A stretch of 64,000 nucleotides of DNA from Balamuthia mandrillaris. Its lineage: Eukaryota. Positions within the stretch are counted from its first letter, which is position 1; every line of letters begins with the position of its first letter. A model generated the notes under the pieces. It was not told the DNA's origin, made no database searches, and saw only the letters and a list, made by a program, of their open reading frames with translations. Shown here one piece after another: positions 10,574-23,700 of the stretch. Location: assembly GCA_031835245.2 (NCBI GenBank), contig JAVKOQ020000018.1:124001-188000 (forward strand), given 5' to 3'. The translations under genes and the position numbers were made by a program.

Positions 10574-11436
10574 ATGGACATCGAAGGGTTCACACAAACC
10601 AAGGGGTTGGGCTTCAAGCTTGCAGAGGACATAACACTCTATCTCAAGTACTTCACTTTTCTTTTCGTTCTTATGCGAGGTTCTCTCAAGGAGAGTAACA
10701 TGTCAGTTTCAGGGATAAAGGCCGTATCCAAACCTCCAAGGTTGCCTACTGGGAGGACACCAAGCTCTGCGCCATCAAGACCCACAGCTTTCTGGGCTCG
10801 ACGCCGGACTTTAGGCTGTTGGCAGGGACCAAGGGGAAGGAATGCTTGCTGTATGCCAAGGGCAACAAAGCCAGGACCTCGTTCGAGTGGAAGGTAACGC
10901 CAGGAGCGGAAACGAAAGGCTTGCGCTGCGCCACCATCAAGGTTCGGTGTTGCCCCCTCCCTGGCTTGTTCAGTCACCCTCAGGGTGTTAAGCAAACAAA
11001 AACCAAACAGGCAAAGAGAGCAAGCTTCTATGAGCCTCTCGCCTACAACGTGCAAGTAGAGCTCTTGGAGGAGGACTTCAAGGATAGCATCACGCACGTG
11101 GATGGGGTCTCATGGACCACCCAAACCCTTTCCTTAAGGAGAAAGGGCAAACGCGTGGCCACGCTGACCCTGAAGAAATGCAGCTCCTTCACCGGGAGAA
11201 GGACCTACGAGCTGTTGGCCAAGCAAGGAGAGCACCTGGGCTTGGTGCTTCTGGTGTGCGCCGTGCTTGACTGGCTCCGTGGTGTGAGCGCTGCTGCGTC
11301 CAGTGGGACGAGTGGCAGCTCCAGAGCTTCCTCGTATAGCGGAACGAGTCATGGGGATTACTCGTTTGCTTGCCTTTACTCCAGCTCTTTTTCGAGCTGT
11401 GGCGATGGCGGTGGAGGAGGAGACTGTGGTTGTTGA
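10574..11436 (+). CDS. LURP-one/Tubby C-terminal-like protein
   Basis: C-terminal pattern RVATL.KK...GRRTYEL...GEHLGLVLLVCAVLD; 5' exon structure uncertain. Confidence 0.45.
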
Positions 11437-11649
11437 ATGAGCGTTGGTTCGTAGTTGGGGGTGAGGTGATGTTGAGAGAGAGAGAGAGAGAGAGAGAGGA
11501 GCATGAGCAATGGACCAAACCAAAGAATGTACAGATGAGACAAAGTGAGAAGGAAAGGGGAAGAAGAGGAGAAAGAAGAGGAGAGACGAGCTTAATATAC
11601 TTTTTTGTTTTCCTTTTCCTAAGGTTTCTTTTGTAAAGGCGAAAAAAAG

Positions 11650-12575
11650 ATGGAAGGCGGAGGAGGAACGCTCAAGGCCGCAAAGATAAAGGAGGTACGG
11701 GCCTATGTGCTGCCTGAGAAGGAGAGCGGTGCCGACTACCACAAGCAACAGTCTGGCCATTGGATCATAGACACCCCAATTGCTAATCCTGTTTGTCTTT
11801 TCCTTCTTCTTCTCGTTTATCCTCTTTTCTGTCTTTCATTCTTCTTGTTTGTTATTCTTTTTCTTTTCCCTCTTCTTCTCGTTTATCCTCTTTTCTGTCT
11901 TTCATTCTTCTTGTTCTTCTTCTTTTTCTTTCATCTTCCTCTTGGTTGAGTTTGATGAAGATGAACTCGAATAACGTCTTTATTGTCACACCAAACAACT
12001 TTTTTTGCTTTCAGATGTCCGTCTATGAAGAGTACAAAGCAAGTCGTGTGAGTTGGGGCATCAACGCGCTTGGCACCGTCGTAGTCGAAGCTGAACTCGA
12101 AGATGGAACCATTGGTATTGGCACCAGCGTTGGTATGGCCTTTCTTCCCTCTTTCTTGCCCTTGCTTCTCTCTATAGCTCTATTCTTTGTTTGCTTTTCT
12201 TTCCTCTTCTGCTCTTTCCTCTCTTTCTTTTGTTTCTTTTCTTTCTTCTCCTAACCTTCAACAACACCAAAGGCGGAGAGCCAGCGTGTTACATCATCGA
12301 ACACCATCTCAGCCGCTTCGTGGAGGGCAAGGACCCTCGCAACGTGGAGCTCATGTGGGACCAGATGCACAGGGCCACGCTGCCTTATGGGCGCAAGGGC
12401 GTGGCCATCCACGCCATCAGCGCGGTGGACCTTGCCGTTTGGGACCTCTTGGGAAAGATCAGGAACGAGCCCATTTATAACTTGATCGGTGGAAAGACCA
12501 AAGAGAGGGTTTGTTTGTTTCTCTTTTTAGTTTTCGTACTCTTTGGCTTTTGCCTGTTCTTCTCTCCTCTTTCTT

Positions 12576-12623
<48 letters not shown>

Positions 12624-13744
12624 TCTCACTCTTCTCACTCTTTAACACGCATTCTGGATTGCTTTACTAAAGTTGGAGGTGTATGCCACAACGGGGCGAC
12701 CTGACTTGGCTAAAGAAATGGGCTTCAAAGGAGCCAAGTTTCCATTGCCGTACGGACCAGCCGATGGGGAGGAGGGCCTCCGAAAGAACATCGAAAGGGT
12801 GAAAGAGGTCAGAGAGAGCGTTGGCCCCGACTTTCCGTTAATGATTGGTACTTTTTTTCCTTATCTTGTTGTTCTTGTTGTTGTTCTTCTTCTTGTTCTT
12901 CTTGTTCTTCTTCTTCTTCTTGTTCTTCTCCTTCTTCTTCTTCTTCTTCTTCTTCTTCTTCTTCTTCTTCTTCTCCTTCTCCTTCTACTTCTTGTGCTCC
13001 TTCTCGCTTTTCTCATTTCCTTTTACCCACAAAATATCAGATTGTTACATGGCATTGACTGTGCCATACACCATAAAGTTGGTTCGTGCATTGGAGCCTT
13101 ACAACATCAAGTGGGTCGAAGAGTTCCTGCCTCCCGATGACTATGAAGGTTATAAGGCCGTCAAGGTAATGTTATTGCATGCCCTCTTTCTTGGCTACCT
13201 CGTTTCTTATTCTTTAGCAACATTATAGGATGCGGTCGGCGATAGAATCCTTTTGACTACTGGCGAGCACGAATATACTCGTTACGGTCACCGCAGGTTG
13301 CTTAAAGACTTGGTACACACTCTGTTCTTCTCTTCATTCCTTCCTTTCAACAAACTCATTCTCCCTTTTTCCTCTATGCCAAAGAGCGTGGACATTCTTC
13401 AACCTGACGTCAACTGGGTGGGCGGTCTCACGGAGGCCAAACGCGTGGTGGCCATGGCCAGCGCCTATGACATCCCGGTCATCCCTCACGGCTCCTCCGT
13501 CTTCTCCTACCACCTCCAATACGCCTTCACCAACTGCCCGATGGCCGAGTTCCTCATCATGAGCCCCAAAGCGGACGCCATCGTGCCGCTCTTTGGCAAC
13601 CTCTTCAAGGACGAACCCGTGCCCAAGGATGGCTACATCGACCTGCCGGACAGGCCGGGGTGGGGCGTCACGTTGAACAAGGAGGAGATCGAGTTTAGAC
13701 GTCCTTATCCGCGCAACGGCTGCAGCAATGCGTCGTCCAAGTGA
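11650..13744 (+). CDS. L-rhamnonate/L-galactonate dehydratase (mandelate racemase/enolase superfamily), multi-exon
   Basis: GADYHKQQSGHWIIDTPIANPMS, AISAVDLAVWDLLGK, KWVEEFLPPDD, TGEHEYTRYG, QPDVNWVGG. Confidence 0.9.
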
Positions 13745-13906
13745 GCGAGCGAAGGAATATTTTTCCGAAATGGCCAATAGAAATTCAAAGTTTGAAATTT
13801 CTTCCAAATTGTCCAATCAGAAATCAAAATATATCCGATAATTTATCGATAAAGTAAAATAAAAGTTAGAATAAAAACAGAAAGCAGAAAGAGAGAAGAA
13901 AGAAGA

Positions 13907-14680
13907 ATGTCGACGTTAGGAGGAGGGCCGCCACCAGCGGCTGCAGCGAAGCAGCCGGCCCTAGCTGCAGGAAGTAATGCCACAGCCACCAAAAAGAACA
14001 AGAAGAAAAACAAGAAAAAGAAAAAACCTTCCTCTGCTTCTCCAGCCGCTACTTCTTCTTCCACGCCCACAACGAGCAACGACACTTATGTCTACGAACC
14101 TTCCTACGAGAAAGAGTTGGCGTGGTGCATCAAACAGTTGGAAGCCGGTCTGAAGCATCCTGCCATCACTCCGGAACAAGGTACACACTGAAAACAGTGT
14201 TTATGAGTGATTTATTTGTTCACTGCCTATTTTTCTTATTTTTGTATTTTATTTTTTATTTTATTTTACTTTTTATTTTATTTTTTTTGGTTTATTTTAT
14301 TTTATTTTTATTTTATTTTATTTTATTTTATTTTATTTGTTTGTTTTGGTTTTAAACAATGAACAACAGCGGCAGAGTCGAATAGCGTTTTGAAGAAGCT
14401 GCAAAACCCGAAAGGCACCATGCCCAACAAACGGCACCTCATGAAAGTGGTCTTTGGTAACTACCGCAAGCACATCGAGGAGGAGGAGCGCAAGGAGTGG
14501 CAACGGAAGAGGGACCAGCAGGTCGCTGCCCAGCATAAACTGCAGCTTGAACAACAAGAAGAGCAACCACCAAGGGATGCTTCTACCTCGACCAGCACAA
14601 CCACTACTACAGAAGAAGAAGAAGATGAAGAGCAAGAACAACAGAACGAAGGAGAGGAAGGAACAGCATCTCAAGAGTAG
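13907..14680 (+). CDS. UPF0488 / C8orf33-like (DUF4615) protein, 2 exons
   Basis: EKELAWCIKQLEAGL ... KRHLMKVVFGNYRKHIEEE; (TTTTA)n intron. Confidence 0.75.
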
Positions 14681-15326
14681 ACAATAAACAAGAGGTTACA
14701 ACCGCGACACAGACTAACATTCGAACAGTTGTTACACCATCATTTCCGAGCGTATTCGTAGGTGTTTCTATCACTCATCTCTAGTTACACCGTTGCGGGT
14801 GGTGGCCTCTTTCAACTTTGTAAGCCAAGGAATGTTCGTCTTTCTCATCTTCGGCAGCAGCGCTCGGTTGTATCTGGTCTGGTGGAACGTGATGACTCTC
14901 CAGACCGCGCCTTTGGGCACTACTCACAGCAGTCTCACTGGTACTGATACCAGAACCACCAGCAGAGGCATCACCAGAGTACAAGGCAAGCAGCTTTCAA
15001 CAGAGGGAGGTTATAAGGATAGCCTTGACATAGATTCTCATTCAGGTTCTGATGAATGAAAAGAACACCAGGAAGAAGGCAGACGTGCAGCCTCTGCGCA
15101 TAGTCTTAACTTTTCTCTCTCTCCCTCTCCCTCTTCTTTTGTAAAGTATTGTTGTGCATATGAAAGTTTGGTATGACAGGTCTTATCCAGCGTGGTCAAA
15201 ATCCATATGTTCTCTTCCGCGTGTCTCCCATAGCACCAATATAGGCCCCCCACTAAATATCTAATAGGTTGGTAACGGGCACAACCGTAACAACAAAGAA
15301 GAAGCAAACAGGGTGTTCTTTTCGTC

Positions 15327-15713
15327 ATGGGGGACTGGGATACAGGCCTCTGGGACTGCGACGTCGGTTCCTGTTCGTGTTTCTTTTCTTCTCTTTTCTG
15401 TTCTTCCTCAATGCTTACTTTTTCCTGTGCTTTTGTGGCAACAGTTCTTCGGGCTTACTGCTGTAGCTGCTGCCAGGTGGCCACCCAGAGAGCCGCTCTT
15501 GAGGGCCGGGACAGCGATGCGGCTGACGTTTGCGGGGTCTGTCTCTGCAGCCTTTGCTGCATGACGGTGGTGCGAGGGCGCGTGCGAGAGAGGTACAGCA
15601 TCGATGGGTCCTGCTTGGAAGACTTTTTGCTGAGCTGCCTCTGTTTTCCGTGCGCCATCCCGCAACAAGAGCGGCAACTGGAACGCGAAGCTCCTTTGTT
15701 GATGAAAAAGTGA
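15327..15713 (+). CDS. PLAC8 family Cys-rich protein
   Basis: WDTGLWDC ... RGRVRERYSIDGSCLEDFLLSCLCFPCAIPQQER. Confidence 0.85.
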   Translation: MGDWDTGLWDCDVGSCSCFFSSLFCSSSMLTFSCAFVATVLRAYCCSCCQVATQRAALEGRDSDAADVCGVCLCSLCCMTVVRGRVRERYSIDGSCLEDFLLSCLCFPCAIPQQERQLEREAPLLMKK

Positions 15714-16556
15714 ACAAAACTTTTGGGTTTTTCGGACCCGTTGTTGTTTTTTTTTTTTCTTGCTTCACGGTGAAGTTGCTGTATGTAAAGGACTTTCTTG
15801 TCGTTCTTTCTTTCCTCTTCTTTCTGTATCGTCGGCCTTATCTTTATTGCTGTTTCTTTCTTCTCTCTCCTCCTATGCTTATCTCGTTCTCTCTCTCTCT
15901 TGTCCTTTCTTCTCTGTTTCGGGCTTCCTCTCCCTCCCTCTCTCTACCTGGTGCAAGTCCGCTGCGCTTTAAAGACGTTCATTCCCCCACCAAATGGTAT
16001 CATTGCCATCAGGACAAAACCTTGCGGGAACGCCTTCATTCAACGATGCAGTGCGCGGCTGGACAACTCTGAAGAGAGGAATTATCGCACAATAATTTGT
16101 TCATATTCTCAATGATCATGAAATTCTTTTGAAAGTTGTTCGTCGCTCAAAATATTGGTAAATAATCCGATGTTTCGATTGACTTTAAAACCCACAATCG
16201 AAAGAAACCAGAACAAGGCTCCACTAAAATAGGGCAAGTGATCACTGAGGACGGGGAGAGGGGAGAGTGCATTTTGTGGAAAAGCAAACCGCCAAGTCAT
16301 GACGGCGGTTTTGAAAAGCTTCGTCTACACCGGACAGAGGTTTTATCGAAACCAATATCGAGACTGTTAGGATTGCGAAGTGGCGTATCACACCGCCGTT
16401 GTGTGAGATATGCGGACCTACAATTCAGCTCTTCGCTTTTTTTTTTGTATGTGTTTACTTTGGCAGCTGAACAAACCAAGATAACAAGACAAGTCAAGCT
16501 TTGCTCTCTTGTCTCCTCTTCTCTCCTCCCCGAAAATTTATTCATTTTTATCTCTT

Positions 16557-16595
<39 letters not shown>

Positions 16596-16761
16596 GCGTT
16601 TCTTTCTCCTCCTCTGCTCTCTCTGTCTCTCTCTGCCCTCTCCCTCTCTCCTCCCAAGTTGCCAAGCATCCAACCTTTCTCTGCGGGAGAGGTTTTTGTC
16701 GACAGTTAGTATTCGGGACGACATGGTTGTTAATATAACGAGGCAAACTACAACAATTTTT

Positions 16762-17218
16762 ATGAAACAAAAGACAAGGCGGAGCGAACAGGACGGGGAG
16801 AACAAGATGGAAGGGGGGAGCGGAAAAGCGGAGAACGTGGACTACGTGCTGTTGGACTACGATGTGGAGGAGGATGGAAAGTTGACCATGGGACGAAGCT
16901 ACAGTGACCTCTACGAGTGCTCCAATTTTTTCAAGTAAGAGCAAGAAGAATGCCGTTCATCGTTTCATCTTTTTTTTTTAACCGATCGAACCCATTGATT
17001 CAATATTATTGATTTTCGCAATTAAAAAAGAAACTTTCGGAAGAAGCTAAGACACTGGATAGAGTCACTTTGGTGGCAGGTTGCGTTGATCATCGTGCTC
17101 ATAATGGACGGAGTGCTCCTCATCGTGGACCTCGCGGACGGCGGCAACCACAAAGCCGAAGAGATAGGCTTCATCCTCACTTGCCTCGTTCTTTCCATTT
17201 TGTCCTTGGAAGTAACTC

Positions 17219-17253
<35 letters not shown>

Positions 17254-18832
17254 TCACTTTGTTTACCTAATGTTTCAACTGTAGTTGTTGCTGCGAGTTG
17301 TTGCATACGGCAAGAAGTTCTTTCGCTCCTTCCTGAACCTCCTGGACGCCACCATTCTCGTCGTCTCTCTCATCCTTTTGCTGGTGCTCTACCACATCAG
17401 CCGCTACCTCTTTGTGGGTCGCGTGATCCGCGCCGCCATTCGCGTCTTCCGCATCCTCTTCTACATCTACGACAAGCGCGTCAAGACCTCCATGGCCGTG
17501 AGGCGCCTCGTCGGGGAGAACAAGCAACGCTTCCAGCAGGACGGCTTTGACCTGGACCTGGCCTACGTGACGGACCGCATGATTGTCATGTCCGTGCCGG
17601 CCACCAAGGTGGAGAGCCTCTACCGCAACCACATCAACGACGTGGTGCGCTTCTTCAACACGCGCCACGGGGGGCACTACCGCATCTACAACATGTGCGC
17701 CGAGAGGGACTACTCCCATGCCAAGTTCCAGGACCAAGTGGTGCGCTGCCCCGTGGAGGACCACAACGTGCCCTCCCTGACGCAGATGGTGGAGCTCTGC
17801 CAGAACGCGGCCGAGTGGTTGGGGGAGCATGCGGCCAACGTCATTGCCGTGCATTGCCGTGGAGGCAAGGGAAGAAGCGGTACAGTCATTTGTGCCAACC
17901 TGCTGTGGAGCGGGGAGTGTGCCACCGCGGATGAGGCCCTGGCCCTGTTTGCCCAGCGAAGGACGGACAGGGAGAAGGGCACCAAGAACCAAGGCGTAGA
18001 GACCCAGAGCCAGCGCAGGTATGTGAGGTACTTTGAGTGGGTGTGCAAGCAGAACGGGGGACAGCTGCCACCGAGCGTGCCGCAGATGCAGCTGGATGCG
18101 ATTCGCCTTTGTACCTATCCTTCGTTGGAGTATGTTGCAAAGATTGCCAAGTGGAATTTACCGAGCAGCGAGGAACGGAAGAAGAGGATGAAACTGAATC
18201 TAATGAAGAAGAGCAAAGATAAGGAGGACGAAGAAATGGTTTCGATTATGGAAGAAGGCAGCGAGAGGGACAACGGAGAGAAGAATGAAGATGAAACGGA
18301 AGAAGAAGTAGGAGGAAGAGGATGGAAGTTTGTAGTTACGCACACCAACGGAGAGCGATTGGCCATTCCTTACGTGCTTCGCCTCTCCTCACGGAGCAAT
18401 CCTAGCGATGGAGAGCTCTACTTTGAAGGAGCACTCTCCGATGTCTTTCTTCGAGCAGACACGCGCATCGAGTGCGTTGGGCGTGACAGCAAAGGACGAA
18501 AACGCATCCTCTTTTACTTTTGGTTCCACACTTCCTTCATGGAGAGTCATGCCGTTCCTACTCCCTCATCAGCTTCTCTTTCTTTTTCCTCTTCGCTTTC
18601 CTTTTCTCCCGGATCCCCTCTTTCTTCTCTCGGCGCTTCGGTATCCTCAGACAGCAACGGGCTGGGCAAGAGCAGATGGATTGGGTTTGACAAGGATCAG
18701 GTGGATTACGGTCGCACACAACAGTCTCCGTTCCGATTGATAGAGACCCTTAGCGTTGAACTCGCCCTCTCGAACGTGCCCATCACGAAGCTGGGCAAAG
18801 GCTTTGGACTATCAGGCTCCTCCTCGCTGTGA
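16762..18832 (+). CDS. voltage-sensing phosphatase / TPTE-like (VSD + PTEN phosphatase + C2)
   Basis: Four TM helices with S4 RYLFVGRVIRAAIRVFR; RRLVGENKQRFQQDGFDLDLAYVT; catalytic HCRGGKGRSG; C2 FYFWFHTSF. Confidence 0.88.
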
Positions 18833-19055
18833 TCATGTTGACGAACAAACTTGTAATTTTCAAAGTTTTCGTTTGAAGAGAAGAGAGAAGAGAAGCAGAG
18901 AAGCAGAACAGCAAGAGAGAAAACAGAGAGACAAAGGGAAGAGGAGAAGAGCCATCAATACTTTGGAGTAGGCGCTGCGAAAAGTACTCTCTTCATTCTT
19001 CCTTCTTTTACATCTCAGCCACTTACAAGCCGTACAGATCAAGACGGTTATGTGT

Positions 19056-20295
19056 TCATTGTTCTTCATCATCTGCATCTTCATCTTGGTCGGCGGAATG
19101 CGTGCTAGCATAAAGCAAGAAGTTGACAAGGAATTGGATGGCAAGACCCTTGTAAAAGCCCCACTTGCCTTCTTCTGCTAATATCCTTCGCACGGTCCAC
19201 AAGGCTCCTCCCTCCACTCTTCCTCCTCCAACATCCACGTGGGTGTAGAGCTCTGGATGCAACACCATGCGCGTGGCCAGCGTGTCCAAAGGAGCACACA
19301 CCAAGCAGGTTACGGCTGCGGACACAGCGCAAATGGAGAGCTGGCTCAACACCAAACCAATGTGCTTGGAGGAGCTCGCTGCGTTTTGCATCACCTCCAG
19401 CTCTTCCTCTGAGGAGACACCGTTTTCCATGATGGCTAGGGCCTGCTTCTGCGTGGGCATGTGCCAGACATCCCTTCTGCTCTTGATCAAGAAGTACTTT
19501 CGCACTTGGTCCTGGATGGCCATGCTGCCCAGAGAGAGCACATGAAAAGGAAGGCCGCTCCAAAAACCGTTGTAGTTGCGGAACAAACCCAGGAAGAAGG
19601 CGTTCCAGGAAGGTTGTGGCAGAGGAGCCGAAACGGAGAAGAGACAGAGAACTTGGGCTGGATAGGATATACCGGCAGTGAAGACGTCTTGCGCCACCTT
19701 ATGAAGAAGCACCAGGGGATGGATCGGGGAGTATCCTGTCGGCACTGCAAGCCCTGCTTTGAGCATTGGGTCCACCACCACTGTTTCGAAGTAATTACCG
19801 ACGAAGAAGAAGAAGAAAGGCTAAGTTCAAGATAACGCGTGAAAAATAAAGCAGGCATAAGAAAGAAGACAACAAGAGAAAGAGCGAGAGAGGGCAGAAG
19901 AGAATGTTCCAACGAAAAGCAAAAGAGGGCAAAAAAAAAAGAGGGAAGTAAATCAAAACCCAAAAGCAATTACAGCCAAGAAAAAAAAACAAGTAAAATG
20001 AAGGAAGCGTACAAGCAGAAACCCCTCCGAGTATGCCAGCCACAGTGAAGGGACCCGCAACCCGCAGAATCGTAAAAGGCCCCTTCTCCGCGAAGGAAAT
20101 CCGAAAGGCGGCGCGAATATCAGCGGGCAAGCGAGCCAGGTTGGCCCAGAGGCCTTTGCTCAGGCCCACCTGGCCAGGGGAGGACAAGAGTCGCTCTGAC
20201 TGGGAGTGCAATATCAAGGCACCCGCCAAGGAGCCAAACAGAGGGGCCAGCGCCTTGGTCAGCGCCCACACCGCGTTCTCCGGTTGATCTTCCAT
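19056..20295 (-). CDS. divergent mitochondrial carrier (SLC25) family protein
   Basis: Signature APLDTLATRM and VRRILAEEGKWGFYKGL; at least one intron. Confidence 0.65.
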
Positions 20296-20362
20296 CTCTG
20301 TTTTATTTTTTGTGTCTACTCTCTCGCTACGCTTTTTCTTTGTTTGATTTCCTTGGAAACTA

Positions 20363-20436
20363 ACCTAATAGGATGATATAGTGAGCAATATACCTAACAG
20401 GATGATATAGTGAGCAATATACCTAATAGGATGATA
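20363..20436 (+). repeat. 29-bp tandem repeat, about 2.5 copies
   Basis: ACCTAA(T/C)AGGATGATATAGTGAGCAATAT repeated head to tail. Confidence 0.9.
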
Positions 20437-20702
20437 ATGGTTCCATGTCGTCATGAATTATTTTTAGTTTTATGTGCTGCGGTTAGAGGGTGGAGGTGCA
20501 TTCAACGCTGGCAGAGGGGGCAGGACATCAACAAAGGTAGTGTCGTGCCACCTTGTGAATGACAATGAAGGAGGGCAAACTCCCATCAGGATCCTTGCAG
20601 CTTGTCGAGAAAGGCAATCACCATCTCTTGTTTGTTTGAAAACAAAGTCACATTTGCATTACAAACTCTTTTTTTTTTGTTTCTCAAAAAGAAGGCTTGT
20701 CG

Positions 20703-23700
20703 TTATCCTACAAAGCGTTGCTTATCCCACTCGTTGACGTGAACAGGGCCTTGAAACTTACACTTCAACCTGCTGAGATAAAACTCGATGCCATGAAAGG
20801 GGATCTGCTCTTGCATCCAGTCTCTGTCCAACACGTTCACCGGCAGCTCCCTGTCCTCCGGGTGTCGCATGTAACAAAAGAACTTCTCTTTGAGGAGAAT
20901 GAGCTCTGGGCCGTCGGCAAGAAAGTTGGGGAAGAGGGAGATGACTGGATCTTTGGCGTCGTCGATGCGAAGAACAGGAAGCGTTGCTGGCCATTCCGAA
21001 AGGTCCTCTCTTCGTATCATTCTTGGACATCCAAACAGCACCACCCGTGCTTTTTTGCGTTATGTGTCAACATAATGAGATACAACGCGGAAACAGCAGG
21101 AAGAGAACGTACTGGGATGAACAAGTTTGCTTTGTTGAAAGAGAGCGGCAACGAGGAGAGCGACGGCGGCGCCGAGGCTGTGCCCTGTTATGAAAAGAAG
21201 ATATCCCGTCTTTATATATGTGTTGGCGGCCTTGAATACGTTTTCAGCTGCTTCTTTCAGCTGGTACCGCTCGTATGGGTCGAAGCTTTCGTGTTCCTTC
21301 AGGCGAGCACAAGTTTGGAATGTCTTTTCCAACTTTTTTGGGTCCTTCCATTTCTTGTTATTGTTGTTTTTTGTTGGTTGTTAAGAGGAAAGCAAAAAGA
21401 GAAGAACTAAGAAAGAAGGCGAACACAAGCTAGCAAACCTGTGAATAAACAATCAGAGTATGTTTCTTGTTCAAGTGATCAGTGAGGAGATGATATTTGG
21501 CGGTAGGATGAGGCGTCTCCGTTCGGATGGTATGCTCGAGCTTAAACCTTTGCAAGAAGGCTTCGTCATCTTGGGCCAACGCGCACTTTTCAGCAAAGTC
21601 ATAAGTCTCTTTCCAGTTTACCAAAGATGTCGCTCTTCCTCCTTCATTTCAGCCACGATCGTTAGAGTCATTAAGAGAGAAAGAGAGAATTAAGGGGAGA
21701 GAACTAACCAGCGCCACGACTACGAGACCTACTGAATAACAGCTTATTCATGGGCGTTCCCAAAATGTTCCTCTCCAAAGCGTTAATCCATTCATCGCAT
21801 TCCTCATTGCTCAACGCACAAAGCAAGTACTCCTTGTGATGGCCTTGGGTGAAGCCAGTTCCTTCTTTGGTCTTCTTGACGGACTTTATGGTGAGAGAAA
21901 TGTCGTCGACGCCGCTGTTGCCGCTGCTGCTGCCGCTGTTGCCATTGACTCCTTTCTTCTTCTTCTTTTCGATCTCGGCAATGTCTGGGTCATATATCTC
22001 AAAGCAAAACTTTCTGGCCGCTTTTGGAAGCCTTCTGACGGCCAGGTTTTCTAAAGGAATCATTCCACATGGGTCCTTATCCTGTTGTTGTTTGAGGAAG
22101 AGGAATGAGATAAGTAGAGAAGCCAAAAGAGGGAACGAAGGGAACGAGTGAAGTGGAGAAAGAGGAATGAAGTAATATACCTCTTGAGCCTTGAAATAAT
22201 AGAGACAATTATGGCTGAGGATGAACCATCGCTTCTTCCACGTTTTGATTCTGCCTCCTTGTTTCACTAACCATCCTTTCTGTAACAAATAAGTAAAAAG
22301 AGTTATTATTACAAATACCTACAGCCAAAAGAAGACGCTGAGAAAGAATTGCAAACGGAAGTAGAGAGAAACCTTCTCAGCGCTGCCAAAGAGAATGCCT
22401 TCCGACTCCATTTTGATTTCCTCTGTTACTATTCTTCTGTGTAGATCCTCTAACCACTCCGTTGATATATCTTCTTGAAGGTTTAGCTGTCGGATGCTCG
22501 ACACGAACCCTTCTGCTGTCATCTTATTCTTTATGCTAGGATTATGCGCGTCCGTATTCAACATAATCGTTGCAAACGCCAACATGTAACATGTATCTGT
22601 TATGAAAAAACGCTGCTTAGCAAAGGAAACAAAGCAATTGCAAGGAAGAAGGAAGTAATGATGAAGAAGAAACCTTGATACTGAAAAACAGCAGGATTAC
22701 AAGCGGTGAACCTCATGGCGTATTGTTCCATAAGCCTATCGATGATTTGAGCTTCACCAGGCAACCTAAACTTGATGAGGAACTTTCGCAGGGCTTGGTC
22801 AAACTCGAGGTCGGTAAAGTCAATGTACTCCACATAAGCAACTAATACCGCATTTGATAACTCGTTACTGCATCATTCAAGTTAGTCAAAAAGCAACACA
22901 AACACAAGACATGCAAGGTGATGAATATAACACACAAGAGAGAAAGTAAGAAGAAATATGAATGTGGAGAACTAGAGAAAAATAACACAAAGCTTACTTG
23001 GAGCCTATAAACTCTCCAATTTTTGTTTTGCTCAGCCCATCTGTGTTGTGCAGGAAGGCCGCAATGTCTTCTGGTGTATTCTTTAGCTTCCCTTTCTCCA
23101 CTAACCAATTGATACCCTGTTAACATAAAAAGGTTTTAGCATTTGTTCCTGAAGGGGAATACAAAGGAATGTATAAGAGAAAGAACTCACTCCTAACGGT
23201 TTCGCATTAAACTTATGTACAGCAATTCCCATTTCCTCTTTTGACTGCTTATCTGCCGTCTCATCCCTGTTGCATATATTTGCATACAAAAACAAATAAG
23301 TAAAACGAAAAAGAACTAGTAAAGCAGAAGGTAATGCATGTCTTTCTTACCGTTCAGCAGCAATCTTAGCCAACACTTCAGCTGTGATAACAGTGCCTGC
23401 CTCGGCAACTCTCTTGCCAAGTGCATCAGTGGCGTTGATATCTGCTCCAGCTTTTACAAGAGCTCGTATGCAAGCGAAGTTACCAGACTTTACAGAATAG
23501 TACAGGGGTGTTCTTTCTTGACTGTTTCGGATGTCCACGTTGGCTCCTGCACCCACTAAGAGGTCGACTGCCTCGATGTTACCAGTTGCAGCAAAATGAA
23601 GTGGACTTACGCCATCCGCATCCTTTACAAAAGTTAAATTACGATTAGAGGAGGAAGAGAGGAGGAGGAGGAGGAGGAGAAGGAGGAGGAAGAAGAAGAA

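Noticed and set aside
16299..16401. ncRNA closed by an ACGGCGGT/ACCGCCGT stem
   Set aside because: Single 8-bp stem with no recognisable C/D or H/ACA boxes
20363..20436. CRISPR-like repeat
   Set aside because: Head-to-tail units with no spacers and no cas genes
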